This document shows, piece after piece, positions 1 through 10,537 of a DNA stretch of 22,842 nucleotides. The notes under the pieces are model-generated. The model ran no database searches, was not told where the DNA came from, and worked only from the letters and a program-made list of their open reading frames with translations. Made by a program: the position numbers and the translations under genes. Source of the DNA: Vezdaea acicularis (lineage: Eukaryota); assembly GCA_026025075.1 (NCBI GenBank), contig JAPEUI010000006.1, positions 248,001 to 270,842 on the forward strand, read 5' to 3'. Positions within the stretch are counted from its first letter, which is position 1, and each line of letters opens with the position of its first letter.

Positions 1-1182
1 GGAAAAAGCTCTGGTATCCTTGCCCAGCCCTCTAGTTGCAGAGGACGAGGTCACACTTCATCACGGCGCCGTTTTCCATACCATTAAGTTGATTGCTGGG
101 ATGCATCGTCAGATTTGGGTCAGCGGCACAAGTCTGTTTGTCGATGTCTTCATAGTGAACGATAGTGATCGTACTGTAAAGAAAATCGAACTTACGCTAG
201 AGAGATGCATTCTTCGATTCCTGCATGTAGGCAGGCATCTCATCTTGGACATATCTCGTTCACTAGGCTGACCTCGCACTTCACCGAGTAGTCTGCAGCT
301 TCGACTGAGGACCAAACAGCAAGTGACCTTCGAATCTCAGATGAGAGGGAGCAGAAGGTGATTGGCAGGACCGTTATCAAGGCTGGAAAGCATGGGCAAT
401 GGAATGACGTTCCTCCACACTCGGACGATGTCCAAACCTGCGAAGTTAACATACCAAGGGGCCATCTGACGGTCAAGGCTGGGCGGTACTTCGAAGTTCG
501 CTATCGTCTCAACATTCACATTGGGTCAACGCTCTCGTAAGATACGCATTTGATCATGAATTTGGATCGTGCTAAACCAGGTCCCTTAAGCCATTTCGTC
601 ACTGTCCAACTCCCCGTCACGATCATCCATATGAACTCCCTCGACATCATACCCAATTCTCTCCCTGCAGTCGCTTCGGCCATACATGAACGCCAAAGCA
701 ATCACTCCCTCCGAGAAGAGGCTCGTACACCCCGCTCGGTCCAGGGCCGAGCCTTTGCCGCCCCGCGCCAGCGCTCCATCTCCCAGCTCCGGAAGGAGAC
801 TGTTGGATCTGCTGACATTCGAGAACTCGAACAAACCCTCGAGCTGAGCCCGCGCAAGCATCGTCCGAACTCTCAGTCACGACCTCAGAGCGCGGCACAA
901 GGACGAGACTTGAAGGCTGCGCGAGGTGGAGTCCGAAGTGTAAGGTCGATGGCGTCAAGAGAGATGAGAGCGCCGCCGATGATCAGGGCGATGCAGGGCA
1001 TGAGCTCTGAGGACAGCGACGCGGAGTTTGACGTATGGGCGAAGGCACAGAGTGCCAAGGTTGACAACATTGTGCGTAGGTTTGAGAAAAGGGGCCAGCA
1101 AAAGGGTAGGGGGGCAAGAGCGGCCAATGATGAATGGGGGAAAGGTCGCTCTAACAAGGACGGTAACGACCCTTGGGTATAA
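1..1182 (+). CDS. Arrestin C-terminal-domain protein, 5'-partial; exons <1-226, 292-536, 591-1182
   Basis: Spliced product contains IKLIAGMHRQIWVSGTSLFVDVFIVNDSDRTVKKIELTLER...GHLTVKAGRYFEVRYRLNI...VTVQLPVTIIHMNSLD, resembling fungal arrestin_C proteins. Introns GTAGGC..TAG (227-291, branch GCTGAC) and GTAAGA..AAG (537-590) join three ORF-track frames. Confidence 0.7.
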
Positions 1183-1522
1183 ACGATTAGCAGCCCGCCA
1201 GGATTGGCGAATACGCTAGTTGTGCTGGTGTTACGGTTCTAGGTCTATTGGCTTATGTTCGGCGTTTATGCGTATACCCAATGATATGTTTTGATTAGCG
1301 CAAATCTATGTCGTACCCTCAATGCCTCAATTTTCACGACTTGATTTATATCGGGATATGTGACTAGCCTTTCTACTCTATAATGTCCCCCTAAACCTAG
1401 CCGTCACAAATTTCAAAGGCGTGAAATATCTTGGTCGTGTTAGACATTTTCATGCGCTCCGGAGCTCCACCCGCATCTCGGAAACCTTCAAACGACAAGC
1501 CATATATCTCCCAGGCCCCACC

Positions 1523-1546
1523 ATGAAACCAAACACCGAATGGTGA
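1523..1546 (+). promoter_or_regulatory. Candidate uORF (MKPNTEW*) upstream of the NT-C2 gene
   Basis: ATG in CCACCATG context; stop ends 30 nt before the main ATG at 1577. Transcription start unknown. Confidence 0.3.
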
Positions 1547-1576
1547 CAGCCTCCCACCCTCTTACCCGCGTCAGCT

Positions 1577-2950
1577 ATGCAGGCAGCTTTCGGTGCGTCG
1601 CCATCTCAAGTCCCTTGTTCCATGGCTAACCCGCCGTAGTTCCCAAGAACCGTCGAGTGAGTCCGCGCAACCTCCGCCCTCCCGTTCCCTCCGCCCCGCC
1701 TTCCCCACCAACTTCCTCCCCCCTATCCTAACACACCCCCCAAGCCAAAATTCGAGCTCCACCTTCGAATCCACGACCTGAACAACATCCCCCTCGTCTC
1801 CGGCGCCGCGTACGTAAAATGGCACCTCCCCTCCAGCATCTCCGCCGAGCACCGGGGCCACACCCCCAAAGCGCCGATCAAAGAGCACAAAGTGTTCTGG
1901 GACTACTCGCGCGTGCTGCAGATGAAACTGACGATCGACCGAAACGCGATGCTGCAGGACTCCGACATCGAATTCGAGGTTCTCCAGGAATACGGACGGA
2001 ATGATCGGATTAGTCTTGGAAGACTCACGCTCAATCTGGCGAGTTACGTCGATGCTGATGCCGCCAGTTCTGCCGAGGACAGTGCCGGCGGCGGCGGCGG
2101 CGTTGTGCGTCGCTACTTGATGCGCGATAGCAAGATTAATAGTACGCTCAAGCTCGGCATCCGCATGGTCCAGCTGGACGGCGAGCGGAATTACTCGACG
2201 CCGCCGTTGCGGACGGCGGCGGTGTTTGGGGGGATCGCGGGAGTGTTATCCGGGAACGCGGCGGAGGCGGCGACGTCGGCGGACGGGACGGGGGGTGCAT
2301 CGTCGAGTACCACAGGGGGCGGTGGAGCATCCGGGGGCGCCGCCGCTGCCGCCGCAGCAGCCGCGGCGAATGCAGATAGTAACAGCCTGTTGACGGGCTT
2401 GGGGACGGCGAGTAGTTCTGCGCTAGATCTCGGCGAGGAGCAGGACCAGTACCGCCGGAATCTGGCGGCGAGCTGGTGGGCGCAGGCGGGCGAGTTGCCG
2501 GCGGATGAGTGCGTGGAGGATATTTTTGGGGGGGGGGATGGGTGGCGGGATAGGGGGTTGGGGAGCGTGCCGGTGGGGAGGGAGGGGGGGAAGGGCGGGA
2601 CGGGGGGAGGGGGAGGGGTAGGTGCGGGGGCGGGGGGTGTGGGGCATAAGAAGAGAGGGAGTGGTGGGGTGGGAGAGGCCATGGGGGGGAAGAGTGGGGG
2701 GATAGGTATGGGTATGGGGGACGGGGGACATAAGCATGGGAGGTCGAGGAGTGGGGGCGGGCAGGGGGGGCTGGTAAGGGGGAAGAGCGGGGAGGGGCAT
2801 ATGGGCGGGGGCAGGATGGTGACGGGGAGTGGAAGTGAGAGTGAGAGGCGAGATATGTATGAGGAGCAGGAGCATGTGGAAGTTAGCGAGCTCGATGTGA
2901 GGGAAGATTTGAGGAGTTGGACGCTGCCGTCGGACGCGAGAGATACTTGA
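1577..2950 (+). CDS. NT-C2 (EEIG1/EHBP1 N-terminal C2) domain protein with Gly-rich C-terminus; exons 1577-1592, 1640-1656, 1745-2950
   Basis: Splicing gives MQAAFVPKNRRPKFELHLRIHDLNNIPLVSGAAYVKWHL...LGRLTLNLASY...RRYLMRDSKINSTLKLGI, typical of fungal NT-C2 proteins. Introns 1593-1639 (GTGCGT/GCTAAC/TAG) and 1657-1744 (GTGAGT/CCTAAC/AAG). Confidence 0.85.
2528..2830 (+). repeat. G-rich low-complexity tract (many GGG+ runs) encoding a Gly-rich region
   Basis: Dense G3-G10 runs visible, e.g. G10 at 2528-2537. Confidence 0.8.
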
Positions 2951-3178
2951 TGGCTTGACATATTCCTCATGCCAAGGCGGGTACCCCTACGCTCTGCTAT
3001 ACTTCTATACTCCATGCATATGGGACAAAGTAGATGTATCATTTAGAAACCTAGCAAAATACAAGAGGTGAAACTATCTAGACCCAAAGTGCACACCATA
3101 TCGGTGTCGTGTTGCTACCAACCCATAGGCGACATGGCAGTTTGAGAGATAGAAGCTTATCGTTGTTAGATCCGTAGC

Positions 3179-5374
3179 TTACATGCCAGGCGGTGGTGGT
3201 GGTGGCTGGTCACTCGGGGGAGGTGGGGGAGGTGCACCACCAGGGGGAGGCGGAGGCACAGCGCCCGGAGGTGGTGGTGGAGGACTGCCAGCCCCCGGTG
3301 CATAGCTCTGGAACAAAGCCCCTAACCCTGGGGGAGCGCCCATGCCTTGCTGCGGCGGATATCCTGCACCTTGGTCGCCATATCCAGCGCCAGGGTAAGC
3401 GCCAGGATAGTTGTAACCAGGCTGACCGCCAGGTGGGGGCGGTGGTTGTTGCCAAGGAGCTGCACCACCGGGGGGCCCAGGTGGTGCACCATAGTTGCCT
3501 GCCTGTTGACCGTAACCTCCACCATACCCATCTTCTCCACGACCCCCAGCAGCCCAAGGAGGTGCAGCGCCACCATCTCGAGGGGGATAATCATTTTGTC
3601 GATCGTCATCTCGGCCGCGAGTCTGCCACGGAGCAGCTGCGCCGGTAGGACCACGCTCCCAGGGCTTCAAATCCCTACCATCAGGACCGTCACGTCCGCT
3701 ATTATCATACCCGCCTGGTCCAGCCTCAATGCGTTGAGCGCCTTCACCGTTGCCGACAGGGCCGCCACCAGAAAGTTCTTGCATAAGTTGCTAGGGAAAG
3801 GTAAATAAGACTTATTGATAGGAGTAATCGTTCACTCACCTCGTATTCGCGATCGACAGCGTCGCCACCTCCAATAGCTCTCCCAGGAGGACCTCGAGCG
3901 CCAGGCCCATCGTTTCGCCAATTCGAGCCGCGAACGCGGTCAGGACAGTCTTTGGCCATGTGTCCAGCATTTCCGCAGACACGACAAATGATGTTCGCGG
4001 TAAAGTTACGTTGCTCGGGGCAGTCGTACTTTCGGTGGCCGATCTGACCGCAGTTTTGGCAAGCCTGGTTTTCATCGTCACGCAAAGTACCGTTGAGTGC
4101 GGCGAGTTCACGCAATTGATTGCGTTTCAGCTCATTCTGGCCTTCTGGGATGGAGGCAGCCTAGAAACTGTGAGCAAATATAAGGAATAATAGGTAAGGG
4201 CACTCACAGTCTCAATGATGTTGTGGATGAGCTTCTTGGCCTTATTCACCTTCTCTTCAGTATCGGCCATTATCAGACAGTGCAAATCTTCTTCCTGATT
4301 GCTGGTGTGAGCAGCATCTGAGCGACCTTTGCCTTCTTTGACGGATCCTTTGCCGCGGATGGCGATTTTGGCCTGGGATTCAGTCTCCATTTTCTTCAGA
4401 GTATTGCCACGAGGTCCAATTAGGAGTCCAACTTCAGTAGAGGAAAGAGCTATGTGTTAGTCTGTGATGGTTAAGTTCAAGCAAAGCGACGGTGATGATA
4501 ACGGGTTAGTGCCCGCATAGCGCCTGATCCTCTATGGATGGCGCACCCGTTGACAAAAGAAAGAAGGGAAAGGAAATGTGGGGTTAGAGAAGTGAGGGAG
4601 GTTAGAAATTGAGGGTTAGCAATCATACTAAAGTTAATCTCCGGATAATCATTTACTGGCACGTAGACTTTCTCCTGTGTCTTTGTAGGTCGGCGATAGT
4701 CTGACGGCGGATGATAGTTGGGGATAGCCTTCATAGCCTTTTCGATTAGCTTATGTCGTTCCTCCTCAAGGCGTTTCCGATATCGAAATTCCCGAGTGTT
4801 CACCCGACGGCCGAAGTTGTCGTACTGAGGAGGAGGAGATGGAGACCTGTGGAGCATATCATGAGGATGAATCACGCTAGAGAGGAGGCATGGACACTCA
4901 CCGATCACCATCAGCAGGGACCACATCGTTGATCCGTAGTTTCTGGCTGATCTCCTCAATGCGAAGATGCAGGGTATAAGCTTCGAGCTGTTCATTGGTC
5001 ATGTTGGCCATGATCATGGTTGGTAGACCCATGAGACCAGCAGCTTTATTCTCCTGAGCGTCTCCCCATCGATTCCTCTTCTTCCTACGTTTGCCACCGT
5101 CGGCGGAAGGATCTTCATCTACATTATGGACTAGATATTAGCACAGCCTTCGAACTTATTGTAGGATAGTTTGAAGAAAACAAAACTCACGGACTCGAGG
5201 TTCTGGGCTTCTACCCCGCTTGTAGCCAGAGTCGGAGGACAAGCCAGTAGACGGGTTCGTCGGATTGTAACCACCATCATCGCTGGGTGTTGCTGAACCT
5301 TGATCTCCGAATCGACGACGGTTTCCCAGTGGGATATTGTTCGAACCAGTTATTCCTTGATTTCGCCACGCCAT
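3179..5374 (-). CDS. MSL5: Branchpoint-bridging protein (BBP/SF1): KH-QUA2, two CCHC zinc knuckles, Pro-rich tail; exons 5374-5191, 5130(or 5118)-4902, 4846-4629, 4431-4208, 4160-3840, 3790-3179
   Basis: Contains [10 protein letters not shown] (ULM), [85 protein letters not shown] and [14 protein letters not shown]. Five GT-AG introns restore the frame. Confidence 0.97.
4432..4628 (-). promoter_or_regulatory. BBP intron 3 (197 nt) with multiple branchpoint motifs, a poly-pyrimidine tract, a hairpin and alternative 3' splice sites
   Basis: CTAAC on the minus strand at 4615-4619, 4601-4605, 4583-4587, 4505-4509 and 4456-4460; CTTAAC at 4470-4475. Donor GTATGA at 4628; productive acceptor AAG at 4432. 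The regulatory role is inference. Confidence 0.65.
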
Positions 5375-6025
5375 TCTCTCTAGAATAGGACACGTAGATC
5401 TCAATGATATTGTGAGGCAATGAACGAGGCCGACAGCTGCATCAGAAAATGTGGTCGCTAAAGAAGTTTTGGAGGCGAGGAAATAGAACGCTAGGTAGCT
5501 TTAGGAAAGAAGCTTAACATGCACACGTGAGTTGACACTTTCATATGAGTACGTCTTTCTTTCCATCAGGGGTAATTATTGTCTCTGTGTTGAAAAACGT
5601 TCAGAAGCAGAGAACTATCATCTGCTCAAGCTCTATAGAAGGTCGGAAACTCTATCATGATAGCCCGTTCACTTCAAGGTCAACTTTAGCACGATTTACT
5701 CCAGGCCCCTGACTATTCCATCAAGCCTTCTTGCACAGCCTAATCTATAGGGAATCAAGGGTTTTGCGGTTCGGTGTAGTACTTCAAGATGTGCATTCCT
5801 GGCGAGGAAGGAGAGCAAAGGATGTATATCGCTGTGCTGCGACCAAGTCCGTTCAGAAACGTAAAACCTAAATGGGAAAGAAGCAAGACGCCGTCCACAA
5901 AAAGCAACTACGGATGGTGCCGAATCTAAGGTGTGGTCGAGACGGTCTGCTTTAGAGTCGGCTTTTCCTCACACCGAGGCCCGTTCCAGCAGCCGGCGTG
6001 TTGACTATTCCTTGCGATCGTCCTA

Positions 6026-6213
6026 CCAATGACGTCGCTCCTGGGTGAATTGGGATATCTTTCATCCCGCTGCACCTAGAGAACTGATTACAAATTAGGC
6101 TCTACGCGCTACCTGCATGAATTACGGGTACAGTAGTGCGTTCGTTTGCACGACGCGGGCCCCCTTCTGATCACACTATTTTTGACGTGATTTCATGTTC
6201 ACATCATTACAAA
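6026..6213 (+). promoter_or_regulatory. Candidate bZIP stress-response elements upstream of the GST gene
   Basis: TTACAAA at 6088-6094 and 6207-6213 (Yap1-type variant); TGACGT cores at 6030 and 6183 (ATF/CRE-like); CCAAT at 6026. Confidence 0.35.
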
Positions 6214-6343
6214 GCATCCCGTCCGAGAGCGTTGCCAAGCCTATACTTGATCCAAATATCCCACAAGCCCACTTCACTCTTTTGAAAGCTGAATGTTCTC
6301 GAGATTGGTTCAATTCTCGTCGCATTTGACTGGAGTATCCGCC

Positions 6344-7158
6344 ATGGCCTCAAAGAAGACTCCCAGTATCACCCTGTATACTGCACAGACTCCAAACGGT
6401 ATTAAAATCTCCATCGCTCTTGCAGAGCTAGGGTAAGGTCACAGATTAATAGAATTGGGGGGTGAAAGCGCTAATACACCAGCAGCCTTCCATATGAATT
6501 GAAAGCACTTTCACTCTCGAAAAATGAACAAAAAGAACCGTGGTTTCTGGCAATCAACCCGAATGGGCGTATTCCAGCATTGACTGACACCTTCCATGAC
6601 GGTAAAAGCATTCGACTCTTTGAAAGTGGTAGTATCTTGCAATATCTGGTCGACGAGTATGATACAGAACACAAGATTTCATATCCCAAAGGCAGCCGCG
6701 AGTACTACGAAACGAATAATTGGCTTTTCTTCCAGAATGCTGGAGTCGGACCCATGCAGGGACAGGCCAACCACTTCGCACGGTATGCTCCTGAACGTAT
6801 TGAATACGGAGTCAAACGTTACGTGAATGAAACTCGACGACTGTACGGCGTACTTGAAGAGCACCTCAAGATCACTAAATCTCCATACCTCGTTGGGGAC
6901 AAATGTACGATTGCCGATATCACCCATTGGGGATGGGTCGCCTCAGCAGGATGGGCTGGTGTTGAGATAGGCGAATTTCCACACCTTAAGGCGTGGGAGG
7001 AAAGGATGCTAGCGAGGCCTGGTGTGGAGGAAGGCAGACATGTACCTAGTCCGCACAAAATGAGGGAGCTATCGAAAGATAAGCAAGCTGCCGATCAAGA
7101 GGCGAAGGAGACTAGTAAGTGGATTCTAGATGGGCAAAAGGGTGATGAGAAGAAGTGA
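6344..7158 (+). CDS. Glutathione S-transferase, Ure2p/YfcG-like class; exons 6344-6432, 6486-7158
   Basis: ITLYTAQTPNGIKISIAL, INPNGRIPAL, FESGSILQYL, WLFFQNAGVGPMQGQANHF, YLVGDKCTIADI. Intron GTAAGG..GCTAAT..CAGCAG. Confidence 0.95.
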
Positions 7159-7374
7159 TACGTAGGTATTGGTAGGCAGCCGTCATGAAACTGCGCTTAG
7201 ACTTACGGGAAAGTAGAATACTCACAATTCAAATCTGCTTGTCATTTTTGCCGCCTTGGATTTTCCCACTGTTGCGTTAATGTCGTTGTTTGTACTCTTA
7301 GATTCGGTGGTGCTCTTGGATGGTTGTGTGTTCTTGATGTAAAGATCTCATCTTTTCACGTGAGTGAATTGAGA

Positions 7375-10178
7375 TCACTTCTCATCGCCATCTTCTTGGG
7401 CTGGCGTAGCACCTGCACCGGATTAGCTTCTTTGAACTTCCAAGTAAAGCCTCGTAGCTCCACCTACCAAGCACCCAACCGATTCCAGACGCTAGTCCTC
7501 CAGTCACCATGTTACTCACTACATCCCGCTTCCGAACCCTTGCATCTACATCAACCCCAGACTGAGCCACAGGGGCGACCGTTACGCTTTCAGTCTTCCT
7601 TCCTCCACTCTTAACAGCAGTAGTATTTGCTGAGCCATGGAGCGGGAACGCAGATTTGCTTATAGCAGATGCAGCTCCACGTGCCACGTCAAACAAGCCC
7701 ATTGGTACGCCTACCCCTTTACCCGATCTTCCGCCATCCTTTCTTGAGGGTTTCGATGACAGATTCATGAACGAGCCTGGTATTCTTCCGTCGCCCCGAT
7801 CATCATGCTCTTCCTCTTCCTCAGCTTCCTGCATTAAGAGGCTGATCATTTTCTCTTCACACCTTCGCCATTGCGACAGGATCTCTGCTAAAGCTGCAGA
7901 GGGCGCTATGAGCAAAGCTATTGATAGAAGCTCCAAGCGCATTTCAATCAGACGTAAACCCGTTGTCGTAGACGATTGAGAAGACTGGTAGCGCCCTGCC
8001 TGATAAGCCGCGCGCCAAGAAATAAGATCGTCTTGATCGATTGAGGTATCAGACGACGTCGGTGTAAGTCGATTGAGGACGTACGAGTACGCAGTATCGA
8101 AGTCATCTTCAGATAAAGCAGCCTCTATTGCCATGCCCATAACTCTTCTAGTAGCGTCCTTAACGTTCTGGGGCAGATATCGAGCATCGTGGTAGCTCGC
8201 AACGACAAGATTTTCGGCTATGCTAATCAGATCGTCTAGCCTCGTATAGCTACGGGAATTCTGCTCAAGCACTTTCTCAAGCAATGAAATAGGATCATTG
8301 TGAGCCCTAATGTTCACAGGTTTGAAAGGAACGCCACGCTGTAAGGTCAGCGAATAAAACGAGAGGGAGTGAGTTGCTGAAATAAGAGCTTCCGCATTTT
8401 GGAGCAATATAGAATCTGGGAGGTAATCAGGATAGAAGGCGTGTACAATGCTCAATGCTTTTTTAACACCTCCGCGAGTCTTATTGCCGTTGCTTGCATT
8501 ATCATAAAACCTCATAGCGGCGTCATAAACGGCTTTATTGACAACTGTAACCGGGAGTACAGGATTCAAGATGTACGACTCAATGACTTCCTGGTAATCT
8601 AACGAGCAGTTAGTTTAGAAAGATGTTTGGGAAAGTGAACGCTCGCTTACGCAGTCCTGTCAGCAGTGATCCCAAGATCTCCTTTTCGACGTCACTCTTG
8701 TCCATGGATCCGAATAGACCTTGACCCCTGGAACCTTCAGCCCCTCCACTCCAAAGCCACATAATGTAGCTTCTAAGACGGCGCCATTGTACATCTTCGC
8801 GTTTGGCCCCAGAAGTAAATGCGTGTAGAATTCGTTGTAATTCTTCTGCCTGGGCAGTTGGTCCAGAGATGTATATCTTGACTGCAGCCTTTATGCTCAG
8901 CGGCTGGCACCAATTAAGCATCGTCGCCAGCGATTGAATTATAATGTGTAGAAATAAGAGGGTATCCTGCGAAGGATTGGTGAAAACATTCCGTGACAGG
9001 AGTAACTCTCTTGTATCTAGATATATGTTCGACGCCTTGCGAAATCTGCTCAGATCACGACTGGGTAATGGCTTTGGCGTCTCTTGTTCTAGTATCATTG
9101 GAGGCGAGGGTTCGTCTAGAAGCTGAGAAACTCGTAGGAGGACCCGGTTTGAGAAGCGAAGAGAGTCCAACGAGGCTTCAGCTGTATTAAATATAGAGGC
9201 TAGGGCCGCTTGAGCGTATTGCCAGTTAGATTGGCCACCCGAAGGCCTGTCTTCCTTAGCATATCCTCCATAATCCGCATCTCCAAGCCCACCCCAGCCC
9301 TCAAGGGCATTAACGACAAGGGCATAATCGGTTGAAGACTTTGTCACGAGCCATTTGTAAACGATTTGGATTTGTCCATTAGTGGCTCCAGAGGTCACCA
9401 TCTCTACGTTATCCCCATGATTCACAGAAGCAACCGCTGAGTTCGGAGTTAAGCCCTCAACGATGTTATCAGGCTTCCGATTTTTGCCTTTACCACTTCC
9501 ATACATCCAAGCTCCAACTAGATTCCTAAGATCTCTGACGACCGTCTCTGCCTGTGAGCGAGACAGAAGTGTTTCAACCGCAGAAGAATCATCCAGATTC
9601 GAGAACGTAGCAAGGTCTAGCGCAGTTTCTCCGTGCGGATAGTATTCGTAGCATAGCCGCAACAACGGAAGTAGCGTAGAGATTAACCATATCCGAAGGA
9701 GCTCAGAACGTTCTATAAACGGGACTATCAGTTCTGGTAACGAACTGATAAGCCCGCTTTCTGCATCAATGCGGTAGGAGCGTTGGATAAGGAATGCGCT
9801 GAGGGGATCCTTCTCCGCGTCAACTGCAATGACAGGTCGTCCTAATTGCAAGAGATGTAGTTGATGGATCCTCTTGATAAGGTCATTATCGGCGATGGAA
9901 TCTACCGATGAAGTATCAATATTGACGAGCTGGGGGCTTTTCGCAAGCTCCGTAGATGATTGGAATAATTCATGAAGGAATGAAACGTAATTGTCTGGCT
10001 CGGTTGTCTCTGGCAGAAAAGTCAAGAGAATTCGAAGGACGAGCTCCTTAGGGAGACAGTCCTTATGAGAGTGAATAAGCGATCGCAGTGCAGGTATATC
10101 TCCTTCCGTAGCTATCTCTGTCGCGAGCAAAATAGCCTTGGGACCTGTGAGGGTCAAGGCGGTCGAGACATCATCCAT
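7375..10178 (-). CDS. SEC39: Sec39 (Dsl1 tethering complex subunit); exons 10178-8651, 8598-7468, 7412-7375
   Basis: LRILLTFLPETTEP, FYDNASNGNKTRGGVKKA, ATHSLSFYSLTLQRGVPFKPVNIR and the C-terminal RVRKRDVVSNMVTGGLASGIGWVLGA match Pezizomycotina Sec39 as I recall it. Two canonical introns (8599-8650, 7413-7467). Confidence 0.88.
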
Positions 10179-10537
10179 TAAAGAGAGAGGTGGAAAGTGA
10201 AAGGTACGAAAAGAGCGAGCCAAGTTTTGCGTTTCTGGAAGCTCGCCAACATGACACTAGGAGATAAAAGTTGCAGATCTCGCCTACTAAACATCCTTCC
10301 TTTCCGTATAAGTTTGACCATGCTCAAATGTCAAGCAGAGAAGAATACACCGATGGACGCCTTAGACAATTTGGAACGGGTAGGTATCAAAACATGTCGA
10401 TTTGGTTCTCGCGTAAATAACTTACGCCCTTATTCTGCCTGATTTACTTGTTTCAAATAAACAAGTATTCTTACATTTCTTATCTTGAAGTATTGCGTTC
10501 GAGACCTCCGGACTGAAGCTCCGATACTACACGCCCA

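Noticed and set aside
2191..3042. Long antisense Pro-rich ORFs (283 aa and 150 aa)
   Set aside because: Shadow frames of the G-rich NT-C2 coding strand; stop codons are depleted by composition.
4432..4628. Intronic snoRNA or telomerase-template explanation for BBP intron 3
   Set aside because: No sense-strand RUGAUGA box with terminal stem and no clear H/ACA layout; the CTAACC motifs are dispersed, not tandem telomeric repeats.
6295..6325. B-box-like GGTTCAATTC near the GST start
   Set aside because: No cloverleaf or matching A box could be built around it.
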